The notes under the pieces are model-generated. The model did not search any database and was not told where the DNA came from. It saw only the letters and a list, made by a program, of their open reading frames with translations. Positions 24,700 through 35,950 of a stretch of 64,000 nucleotides of DNA are shown here, piece after piece; the first letter of the stretch is position 1; each line of letters begins with the position of its first letter. The translations under genes were made by a program, and so were the position numbers. Source of the DNA: Camelus dromedarius (lineage: Eukaryota); contig NC_087436.1 of assembly GCF_036321535.1 (NCBI RefSeq), forward strand, positions 78,990,001 to 79,054,000, read 5' to 3'.

Positions 24700-25720
24700 G
24701 TCACTTTCTGAGCTCGCACCCGGAGACCCACCGGCATGCCTCTGGATTCGCCTCAACTTTGGTCCGGCCTCTCCCTTCGCATTCTCTGGCTGGGCCTCAC
24801 AAGAAGCGCGATGGCACTGGATTTAACCACAGCGGAAAAAAACAAGTCTTTGACAGCTAAATCCACTAACCACCCTCGAACAGAGACGAACGAGCGGCCA
24901 AGTGCTCGTCTTTATGCCCCTGGCCTTTCAGATTGGCTGCTGTGACACGACGCGGCCTGTGATTGGCCACGGCGTCAAGCGCAGAGCCCATGGAGAGGAA
25001 GGGTGGGAGCCGAGCGCTTTAAGAGCCCGCCTTTCCCAACAAGTAAAGGTTGCAGCCGCCGAGTCATCGGGCGGAGCTAACTTTATCGTGATTCATGCTG
25101 TCGCGGGAATACCGACGGTGGAGCTCCACGTAGCAAGAAGATGACCCGAAGTTGCTCGGCTGTGGGCTGCAGCACCCGGGACACCGTGCTGAGCCGGGAG
25201 CGAGGCCTCTCCTTCCACCAGTGCGTGAGAGCAGCCTCCGCGATAACTCCCAGCACGGCCAGGAAGGCTGTAGGCCAGGGTGGGGCGGGGCCGGGCCGTG
25301 CGTCTCCCAGACGTGACGTGACGTGACGTGGCGTGGCGTGCGTAGCGCGGGGGTAGGGAGGGGAACCGGGTCACTTGGAGAGTGGGGTTCTTGCTTCAGG
25401 TCTTGCTCTTTTTACCTCCGCGTGTCTGTCTTTTTGTCATTGCCTACCGGTGCTCGGTAGCTTTTAGCGTTACTTAACGCGGTAGGCGTCGGTCGTCTTA
25501 GGAGAAGGAAAGGCAGTTTAGAATACCTGTTGAAGGCGTGAGCTTTTATTGGAGTGCGTGGCTTGCTCCAGAACATGAGTACAGATGAATTTGATACGGA
25601 ACTGAACTCTGCTCTCCATCCCGGCAAAGCTAGTTTACTCCAAATTGTGGTGAAGGAAACTCTAACGTTGACTGCAAGGCGCGAAGCGAGGGGAAGGGCG
25701 GGGGCGGCTGTGTTCAAAAG
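24700..25720. promoter_or_regulatory. Bidirectional CpG-island promoter (THAP9 and the antisense lncRNA)
   Basis: CpG-rich; two ATTGG (CCAAT) boxes at 24932 and 24962; GC boxes; TGACG repeats at 25310-25340; minus-strand splice donor AAG|gtaaga at 24399/24398. Confidence 0.8.
25141..25220 (+). CDS. THAP9: THAP9 exon 1: MTRSCSAVGCSTRDTVLSRERGLSFH(Q), THAP zinc finger N-half (C5, C10)
   Basis: ATG 25141; CxxxxC THAP start; donor CA|gtgcgt; 80 nt, phase 2, matches the exon 2 phase. Confidence 0.93.
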
Positions 25721-26908
25721 GCCTTAACTCTTTGATGGCTTTTAGGGTTTTTTAAAAAGCAGTATTTGGGGTGAGGGCTGTAGGGTGCAGACTATTCTGG
25801 TGGGTTGAGGGTGAGGTAACAGGTTGGTATTTTGAGACTCTCAGTCATCAGCCTTCTGGTTCCAACCGGTGGAGTCTAGGTGCTTCTGGTCAGCAGGTAG
25901 TCACCACCCTCCACCTTGGTGGGGCAGGGGATGGATGGTGTCTTAGTTTTTGCAGAACTACTCAAAGATATCCATCGGATTGTTATGTATATCTCGTGAG
26001 GAACTGGGACTGTTTTTATCACTGAACTGTTGTTCAGGCTATCTTGCTTAACTGCTTTTCCTTTTTTTTTTTTTTTTTTTTCCTGCATTCCTTCACGACC
26101 CTAATTAGTAATTGCTTGAGTCTGCTCTTTGGAACTCAAGGAAGACCAAGGAGACTAAAGGCTTTTTTTTTGGCTAGAACCAGGAGGCACAGAGGGGTTT
26201 TACCCGGGAGGGCCGCCCAGGGACCTGCTCGGTTTCAGATTTTCATCTGTAGTGCCTGTAATGACAGTTGTCCAGTATTCTTAGCAGAGCTCTGCAAGCT
26301 TGGTCCAATTCTGGCTGTGTCTAGTCATGGCAAGAAAATTTCATTTGGCCCAAGAGTGGGGCATGTTTTCAGACCTATCTAATTTGAACCCACATCTGTG
26401 GTTCAGTCTGGTATAGGTCATTGGAATCAGTGAGAACTAGAAAAGTGGGTAGAACAGATCCTCACAGACAAAGAGAAATGTACAGTACTTTAAAAAGTGG
26501 TAGCCTAGTAAGGCAATATGAGATGTAGGGAGTTAAACCACTGACAAGGGACTTTTATGAAAAGATCAGAAAGAGCTGTAGGAGACAAGTGGTATTTGAG
26601 TTGGACCTTGAACTTTACCTAAGTGGGGGAGTGGGGTGGAGGAAGATAGCATTTAAATAGAAATAGCATGGAAAAATGTAAAGGGATGAAAAGTGAAGCT
26701 ATAATGTAGAAGAGTGGAATAAGTAGCTTGAAGGCAAATTATCTAAAAAAAAATGTAACATGTGAGGTTCAGTAGTTTCAGCTATGAATGGTAGGCCTTT
26801 TGTGGTATTGCTTGTTTTAAATAGGGCTGATTCCTCCACCTAAGCTGTTTCCTAAATTGTATGCTTTCTTCTCTGGGATTTGTTTCCATCAGTTAACTCC
26901 TGTTCTTT

Positions 26909-27351
26909 CTTTTCTTTTTTTTTTTTTTTTTTTTTTTGGAAAAGCTTATTTATTTATTTAAATTGATTTATTATACCATTTTAAAGATTATTCCCTATTA
27001 AATTTATTACAAAATATTGGCTACATTCCCTGCGTTGTACAGTACATCCTTGAGCCTATCTTACACCCTGTAGTTTGTACCTCCACTCCCCTACACGTAA
27101 ATTGTCCCCCTGCCTTCCTACTGGTAACCACTAGTTTTTCTCTATATCTGTAAGTCTGCTTCTTTTTTGTTATATTCACTAGTTTGTTATATTTTTTAGA
27201 TTCAACATGTAAGTGATACCATGCAATATTTGTCTTTTTCTGATTTATTTCACTTAGCATAATGCTCTCCAAGTTCCATCCATGTTGATGCAAATGACAA
27301 AATTTTGTTCTTTTTATGGTTGAGTACTATTCCACTGTGTATATATGTGTA

Positions 27352-27410
<59 letters not shown>

Positions 27411-27606
27411 ATATATGCCTTATCTTTATCCATTCATCTGTTCATTGGCACTTAGGTTGCTTCCATATCTTGACTATTGTAAATAATGCTGCTCTGAACC
27501 TTGGGGTGCATTTATCTTTTTGAATTAGTTTTTGTTTTTTCAGATACATACCCAGGAGTGGAATTGCTGGGTCATATGGTAGTTCTATTTTTAGTTTTCT
27601 TGAGAA
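26909..27606 (-). mobile_element. 5'-truncated L1 3' end with poly(A), an internal (TA)n/(TG)n microsatellite and a candidate 9-bp TSD CTGTTCTTT
   Basis: Long poly-T at 26915-26937; L1 3' text (ORF 27021..27293 LESIMLSEINQ-like); CTGTTCTTT at 26900-26908 and 27607-27615. Confidence 0.75.
27337..27416. repeat. Compound (TG)n(TA)n microsatellite
   Basis: Directly visible dinucleotide runs. Confidence 0.9.
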
Positions 27607-30600
27607 CTGTTCTTTTATTTTAAACTGCTCCCTCTACTGCTTCCTTAACTAAAGACACTGAGCATGCTCACAAATTCTTGAGCCTAGGTGCACCTCTACA
27701 CTACCCTACCACTCTCCTTTCCTTTGTAACCAGGTTCCTTAAAACAGAAGCGTACACCTACTTCCTTAAGTCCTGTTGATTTTTCAACCTACTGTAGCCA
27801 GATATCTGTCACCACTGTAATGAAATAGCACTGACTGAGGGTCACTGGTAATCTTGCCAAATCTAAATGAGCACTTCTAAATCCTTCTCTTGACCTCTTT
27901 TACCTTGTATGTTAATTTTTAACGTATTGACCACTTCTTGAAACTCTCACCTCCCTTGACTTTATTGACACTCTTTCCCTAGTTCTCTCCCTTTTCATTA
28001 ATTTTTTCCTCAACTTTTTGCTGCCCTGTTTTTCCTGTGCCTTCTTCCTAGTTTCCTTAAATAGGTAATAACTCATTTATTGCTTTTATTTGTTTTATTT
28101 ATGAAGGACCAAAGTAAGACCTGCTTAATTAAAAAAAAAGGAATGCAATAATTACAATAGCCTGCTCTGATTCCGCCAGTCTGATTTCTTCCCCATTCAT
28201 TCCATTTTCTAGATTCCTGGAAATGATTTTTCTAAAAATGCACATGTTATCAGGGGCATTCCCTGAAGGAAGGATTTTAATCCCTTGAGCTCTTCAGTGC
28301 CTAAAAGACATAGGCCAAGCTCCTCTGTGAAGCCTTTCCTCATACACCTCTCTTCCAACCTGAATTACATCCACTCCATACTTCTGTTATTGTACATGTT
28401 GGCAGAATTAAACACAAGTCTGTGTGTGAATGGGAAGGAATCGTTTGTCTTCTGAGATCTGGGAAGTTGTGAGGAAGGCAGGAAAGAATAGACAGAAAAA
28501 AGAGAATACCATGGTGTTAGTGCTGGCGACAAGGTAGTATTTTTGAAGTAAAGGCTCAGCAAAAAGGTAGTATGAGAAGGAGAGAATTAGTCAACTTGTC
28601 ATTGTCTGAAGCCACCATCTTCAAACTATTTGATTGTGGAGCTCTTTCCATAAAAAATTTTGAGTACATTCCTTTGATATAAGCATAATGATTTATAATA
28701 ATTTATAAATTCATATATGATGTGATGTACTGATCAATATTATGAAACACAAAAAATAGAAGATGGGGCAAAAATTACAAAAATAAATTCTAATAATTTC
28801 TTCTACTGTCAGTAGATGGGTGTAGATTACTGTGGTGGCCATTGACCCGAAGGCTGGACCCAAAGCTTATCCAAATGCGTGCAAGACCCTTTGTGATCTG
28901 ACCTCTAGTTACTTTCCCAGGCCATCTGTAACCACTCCCAGCTACCTCTGTATTCTCCTTTCAACCCTCTCAAGCCTCCAAATTAACCTATTTTTCAATG
29001 CTTTATCAGCCAAGAAGATCCAAGTAGTTGTTTTTTATCTCTGTTTCTGCATCTGCTTGAAGTGGCCCCTCTCTGCATGGCAAACTCTATTGACACTTCA
29101 GCTCTGGCTCAGATTATTATGTCCTCTGAAACCTTCCCCAGCGCCATCACCAGAGCTGTGAAAGAAGCAGCAAGGACATAAGCAAGAGGCTCTGGTTGAA
29201 AAGCCTGAATCAAAATGACTCAGAGGTGTGGAAACTGTTATTATGAGAATATTGGTGCTCTCTCAAATGCATAAATGGCAAAATGCAAAGTGAGACTGGC
29301 AAGATAGATGTTAAAGTGACCCTTTTGTTCATTTCTCTTTTTGTTGATGTAGAGATTAAGAAACTTACTTCATAACCAAAGAAATATACATATGATCATT
29401 TGGAAGCATTTTTGCCTGAATTGTAATGAATTCTATTTTTAAAACTTTTATTTATGAATCATTTTAAACACAGTAGCAGCCAGAAGAGACTTAAGTTATG
29501 GATATAGTTAAAGCCTTGACCCTCAATCCTTGCTCTCTCTCCCCAGAGGTACCTACCATAGAAGAGGTTTTGTTAGCTGCTTTTCTGGAAAATATTTGAT
29601 GTGTAGGGAGACAAAGGGAAATTCCTGCCAGTAGTGTAAAAAAGGCGTGGTCAACAGAAGGAAGAAAATGAATTCTGTTCTACAGTGTAAACCAATTCAT
29701 TATTGTGTATATGAGATGATGTTTCGGTTATTTCTTCTACCAGAGGTGGCTTGAGACTAGAGAAACATGAATTCCAATTTCATTTGATTATTTCCTGGTG
29801 GCTATACTTGGCTCTGATTTTGCTTTCATCTTTTGTAAAAGTTGAAGACCTGTCTTGCAGAGTATTTTAAGACTAAAACTAAGCCTTTGAAACATATATA
29901 TAGCGCAAGGTAAATGCTTGAAAAGTAGTATCAATTGTTACTACCAATTTAATGTTGTACAGAACTCAAACTAGTTAGTCACACTGGTTAGACTACAGTA
30001 TTTACCAATCCTTTCTGCATCATTTTACAATTGGAAATATTTGTTTAATACGTGGGGGCAAACCTACAAAGCTGTATGGGATGGCTTGATGTGACTACCT
30101 CAAGGGCTCTAGGCAGCCCAGGCCACCCTGTGGGCTTAAGGGGGTTGATAGTAGTACCCTGCTGGCATTGCTGCTGGGAAGCTTTGCATCAGAGAATCAG
30201 GCTAGTAATGTAATTTGGTGGACTAGCCAACTTTTGCTGGCTCCTTGAATGGTTAGAGACCACACCCAATCTGGAAACATGGTCTCACAAACACGTGCCA
30301 TCAGTTATGAAAAGAAGCCAGTGAAAAGAAAGAGATGTGTCTCATCTTTGTTGGAAAAATAATTCCCTGTACATCCTCTCTTGGTCAATTAGCATCATCC
30401 TCCTGGAACAATTAAAGTCCCCAAAGTGGAATTAGTTGTTCCTAAGAAAGAACAAACTTTGGATACTACTTTACCATTTACGAAGTGCATTTGAATACAT
30501 ATATATCCTCATGTACTCTTACTACAGCCCTGGAGGAGGCTTCAGATTGAGAGATGTGTCTAATACCACGTGGCTGATAAAAAGAAAATGAAGCCTAAAT

Positions 30601-31009
30601 ACAGGTTTTCCAATTCAGTGTTCCTTCTCGCAGTGGTTGAGAGAGTATCTCAGAATTATGTTTTATTATATGGCGTATTATTTATTTCCTTAACAATTAG
30701 CTGAGAAAATTAAAATTTCCACCAGTTTCAGTTCCTAAGAACTATGTGCTTTAAAGCTTAACCTAAAATATATAAAAGTCATATAGCTTCCTATAGATCT
30801 GTCTTCAAGATAAAGAAGAGTGCAGAAAGAATAGTTCTGTGATTTTCATTATATTAGTTTCACGAGTTATTTTCCTCACCCATTTCTAAATATAATAGTT
30901 TGGCTGAGATTGGCATAGAGAAATGCAGAGTAATTTTTATATTCCAGGCTAGCGAAAAGTGGTGCCTTTCAGAAGAAAGTAGGAAAATTGAGTATAGACA
31001 ATGTACTTG

Positions 31010-31512
31010 TTTTTTACTGCAAAGTAACACATTTTCTTAAAATTTAGTGGAAACATCTATTTTCTCACAGAATTTCTGAGGGTCAGGAATTCAGAGGGTA
31101 AGGAATTTGGGAGTAGGTTAGCTGGGTGTTATGGGGTGTCTCATAAGATTGCAGTCAAAATGTCAGCCGAGACTGCAGTCATCTGAAGGCTTGACTGACA
31201 CTGAAGGATCTACTTTGAGAAAGGCTCTCTCACATGGCCTTTGGCTGGAGGCCTCACTTTCTTGCCCAGTGGACTCCCCATAGGGCTGCTGATAGCATGG
31301 CAGGTACTTCCCCCATTCAACACAGAGAACTAGGACAAAGCCTCAGTGCTCTTTCTGACCTAATTTTATTGCCCTCTGTCACTTCTGCTTTTTTAATATT
31401 CCTTAGAAGCAAATCACTAACTCCAGCCCACACTTGAGGGGAAGGAAATTGGGCTTCACCCCTTGAAAGGAGGTGTAATAAAGAATTTGTGGACATAGTT
31501 AAAATTGCCACA
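31010..31512 (-). mobile_element. MaLR LTR (MLT1-like)
   Basis: Reverse-strand start tgtggcaattttaactatgtccacaaattct; internal ggtcaggaatttggg...gaaggcttgactg motifs. Confidence 0.6.
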
Positions 31513-31814
31513 GGAAAGGAAGGACACACAAATTTAAGCAGATTCTGTTAAGGCTGTGAGGGCAGAATGTGGTAGGGTATTTCATGTGAGAATTGTCCAC
31601 ATACAAATGGACGAGGTAACTTAGATATTGAACTCTTGGATTCCAGAAATCAATGAACTTTGAAAAATGAAATCAGATGAAGTGAATTAAACTTAAACTA
31701 ACCAGACTTAATGTTTATATAAAGAAGCTAAATAATAAATGGGTTTATGTAATAAATACTGTAGTATTACTATAATATCTTCATGTTAATGGAACTTTAA
31801 TATGATTGCTATAG

Positions 31815-32010
31815 ATTTCCAACTGATACCATACAGCGCTCAAAATGGATCAGGGCTGTTAATCGTATGGACCCCAGAAGCAAAAAGATTTGGATCCCAG
31901 GACCAGGTGCTATGCTATGTTCCAAACATTTTCAAGAAAGTGACTTTGAGTCATATGGCATAAGAAGAAAGCTGAAAAAAGGAACTGTGCCTTCTGTTTC
32001 TCTATACAAG
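31815..32010 (+). CDS. THAP9: THAP9 exon 2: FPTDTIQRSKWIRAVNRMDPRSKKIWIPGPGAMLCSKHFQESDFESYGIRRKLKKGTVPSVSLYK, THAP C-half (P29, W38, C62, H65)
   Basis: ctatag|A...AAG|gtactt; 196 nt; completes the C2CH THAP domain; not in the ORF track. Confidence 0.95.
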
Positions 32011-33375
32011 GTACTTAAATCCAGGTGTAAACAAAACTAAATTTTGTAGAGCCTTTAAAAATCAAGACAGTTCACATTATAGCTAGAATTTGCAGAAATA
32101 AAAACTTAGATCGTAAAATAAATTTAATAGTAAACTTTAAATGCTTAGAAAATTAGTTTAAAAATAACATATGTAATATTAGTAATTGTGCTTTGGAGCT
32201 TTTTAAAAAATAAGATGTATGAATGCAAATCGTATGTCTAGATACACATAAAGGTTACTAAGCTGATCACACACTCAAGTAGTGAGTATCAGCAGCCTTA
32301 GAATTCAAGCTTTTGTTTAAGTATGAGGTAGTTTTCATAATACTTTGAAGTTATCTACCCTTTTTTTTTGAGTCTCCCTCCAAAATGTTAATTGGTCTTG
32401 ACCAAAAACATAACCTAATTATTAGCACTGATACAGAAAGAGGTATAGGAAAATAGAAGTCTTTCTATGAGTCAGTCACCGGTATTGGTGTTACAGTCTT
32501 ATGTTTCTTTTGATTGTTTTTATTTTGTCCTTTTACCCCTTAGCCACACGCTTGTAGGTGACTCAGTCACTGTCTGCGGTCTGCAAATAGTCATCCACCT
32601 GTTCTATCTTGACACTACCCAAACCTTCCTCTTATTCACTGGAGTCTCCTTATTTCGGTATTGTTTTATCGCATTCCTGCTTTCCTAAGAATATAGTTAG
32701 TGTCAAATCCAAACTCATAGGTTCAAAGAGCTTTCTATTAATTGATTTGTGCATCTCTAAGTAATCTGAATTCCCTTTTCCAACCACATATACTTACCCA
32801 CTGTATATATGGAAAATCAACTTGCTTTCATGCTTTTGTGTAAAATCAATGTTACTGTTTATTGAGAGACCTACAGTGATCTAGGTGTTGCAGTAGGTGA
32901 TTTACATAAATTATCTTACTGTATTCTCAGATCTGTATTATCCTTCACGTTTTGTAAATGAGATGGGGGATTGTAGAGGTTAAATAATAACTAACAAGTA
33001 AGGGAGCTGGGAGTCTTAATTCCAAAGCTCATGCTCTGTCCTATGCCTTCCTTTCTGCACAAATAACTTCCCTTCCCCTCCATTAACTACTTAAAACTCC
33101 CATGAAACCTTCTCAAATTATCACCACCTTTCCCTAGTTACTTTAATCATTTCAGAAACTTTCAGCATTGCATTACTCTTTCAGTATAGAAGCAAAACAA
33201 AATACCCTGTTTACACTGTCCTAGAAACCATACATTAAAGTCCGAGAATATAACCTCTTCTTTCATAACTAACTCTTCACGGCAACCAGGTGAGTGGTTT
33301 GTATTCAGTGGTATTTTTATAGATAATCATTGTGTGATAATTTCTAAAGTAACCTTCATTTTCTATTTGTCATAG

Positions 33376-33679
33376 GTTCTCCAAGGTGTACACCTTAAAG
33401 GTAAAGCAAGACAGAAAATCCTAAAACAGCCACTTCCTGATGATTCTCAAGAAGGTGCTACTGAGGACCATAACTACAGTTTAAAGAGACCTTTGACTAT
33501 AGGAGCAGAAAAGCTGGCCGAGGTGCAACAGATGCTACAAGTGTCCAAAAAAAGACTCGCTTCTGCAAAAAACTACAGGATGATCAAGAAGAGAAAGGGT
33601 TTACGATTAATTGATGCACTTGTAGAAGAGAAACTGCTTTCAGAAGAAACGGAGTATCTGCTACGAGCACAATTTTCAG
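33376..33679 (+). CDS. THAP9: THAP9 exon 3 (residues 93-193): DHNY HCF-1-binding-type motif, coiled coil, basic KKRK patch
   Basis: gtcatag|GTT...TCAG|gtatgt; 304 nt, open, in frame. Confidence 0.94.
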
Positions 33680-34863
33680 GTATGTTCCCCAATGACCTGT
33701 AATATTTACAACAAAGCTCTTAATTTTTCTGAAATGTCATTAAGTATTTATTTTGCTGTTGCCTATGAAAATATGCTATTAGCTGAGAAGTGAAAAGTCT
33801 CAGTGGCATAAGCAGGAAGAATGAAAAGTCATCACCAAAACCCTTTTATGGCTTTCCATTTTCAAAAGTAAAATATTTATTATAGGAGAAGCAAAGAAGT
33901 GTATAAATAATAAAAATAACATATAATTCTGCTGCCCAAAGATGAGATCATATACCATATAGTATACTTTTCACTTTTTATAATCTCACTTACCCATGCT
34001 ACTGCAAATTCTTTCTAAACAATTTTAACTGCTATGTAATTTATCAGTAAAGTCTTTCTGCAGTGAGTTGAACTAGATAATCTGCAAAATTACTTTGACC
34101 TTGAAAATTATATAAGTCTCCAAATTTTCCCACAATACTCTCTGTAGAGTATATGTATGTCCACTGAAAGATTACCTAGTCTTCTTTGTGCACCAGGATA
34201 TTTGAAGAGGGGGCAGATAAGCATTGCCAACTTACTTTTTGATGATAGCATCAGAGATTTTGTATTTAAAAATTCTGGTAAAAAAAGAAGCATGTCTTGT
34301 GTCTGGAAAAGAGTAGGTATCTCCAAAGGAGGGAATATTTTGTGTTTTCCCAAGAGAAGAATACATGTAATAAATAGGAGTCCACTCCAGGAACAAAAGG
34401 TTTTTGTTTTCTCTCAATAGTGGAAAAGATTGTTCATTCTGAATAGTACCCTATCCCCAGAAATGTTTCTTGTGTCTTATTTTCACTCTCAGGTAGATGG
34501 TAACCAGGGAACAAAATAAAACAGATAAATGTCCTCATAATCCAGAGCCTTAATTTTATGCGGTTATTTCATTTTCTTCTCTGTTCCTCTAAAAATCTCC
34601 ACTCAGGCTGTCGATGAATAGTAAAACATCGTGATTCAGGTTGAAACATTTTTCTCCTTCTTTCTAGTGAAAAGATCCAAGATGAACAGGATAACTCGAT
34701 CAACAGGCTCCATGGTTGGATATTATCCTCAGAACAAACTCGGTTAAAATGTGATTGTGTTTGAATTTTGGCGCCTTATGCATTATGTCCAAATGCTATG
34801 ATCGATACCTGAAAATGTTACTGTACACATTTTTCATCACAAAGAATAAATTTATTTTAACAG

Positions 34864-35014
34864 ATTTTAAGTGGGAGTTGTATAACTGGAGAGAAACAGC
34901 CGAGTACTCCACAGAAATGAAGCAGTTTGCATGCACCCTCTACTTGTGCAGTAGCAAAGTCTATGATTATGTAAGAAAGATTCTTAAGCTGCCTCATTCT
35001 TCCATCCTCAGAAC
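34864..35014 (+). CDS. THAP9: THAP9 exon 4: (D)FKWELYNWRETAEYSTEMKQFACTLYLCSSKVYDYVRKILKLPHSSILR(T), P-element HTH region
   Basis: taacag|AT...AC|gtaagt; 151 nt; FA.TL...S.K.Y.YVR...LP motif typical of P-element transposases. Confidence 0.95.
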
Positions 35015-35574
35015 GTAAGTGAATTACCTTTTAGATGTTAAATAAAACAAATATTTTGCACTTTCATTACATTTTATACATTAATGCTGTTAGTATTCAT
35101 ACTTTCCTTTAGTCCGCTCTCTCTTTTTAAAAACTTCTACATGGTATTTGCACATTATCACAGTCAGTATTTTACCAGCAAAATGAAGATGTGTAGGCTG
35201 ACAAAATTTTTTGCATCTTTCAGATGTTAGAGACACTCTGAGTGATAAAATCTGAATCTTGAAATACTGGAATTTCTCATACGCTTTAGTAGTTTTAATA
35301 TGTGGAGAATCTAAAATAGTTTGAGACTGATGCCATAGGTTTGAGGCAAAGATCAAAAATCTGAATTTTTTTGTAAGCGCTTTAGTTGATGCCAGTACGG
35401 GTTGTCCAGACACAAGATTATGATAAATAATTTTTTAGGATTTGTGGTCAGAGTACACAGATGTGTGAAGCAAACAACACCGTGACTTTATAGTAGTCTC
35501 TTATAAATTTAATACTCAGTTTTTACTGTTTTTTTATCACTGATTTTACAGACTCCATTTCATTTTTATTTATT

Positions 35575-35950
35575 TGGCTTAAATGGCAGAAATAGATTGT
35601 CTAGGGTACTGGAAGCTAGAAGCTGCAAAACAACATGTTGTCAGGGTTAGTTCCTTCTGAGGGCTGTGAGGTAGGGGGGGCTGTTCCATGCCTCTCTTCT
35701 CAGCTTGTAGATGGTGGTCTTCTCCTTGTGTTTCTTCACATTGTCTTCCATTATCCATGGGTGTTTTTATGTCCAAATTTTCTTTTTATGAGGACAATAA
35801 TCATATTGGATTGGGATTCGCCCTTATGACCTCATTTAAACATGATTACCTCTGTAAAAACCCTTTCTCCAAATAAGATCTACTCTGAGGTACTGGTGAT
35901 TAGGACTACGACATATGTTTTTTTGAGGGGCACGATTCAACCCATAGCAG
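35575..35950 (-). mobile_element. MaLR LTR (MLT1-like)
   Basis: ggcttaaatggcagaaat...ttccttctgagggctgtgag...gacctcatttaaac...ctgaggtactgg...cacgattcaacccatagca pattern. Confidence 0.65.

Noticed and set aside
25700..25720. CHR element (TTCAAA) implying LIN54/DREAM regulation of its neighbour THAP9
   Set aside because: A single common hexamer, over 500 bp from the THAP9 start; not enough evidence.
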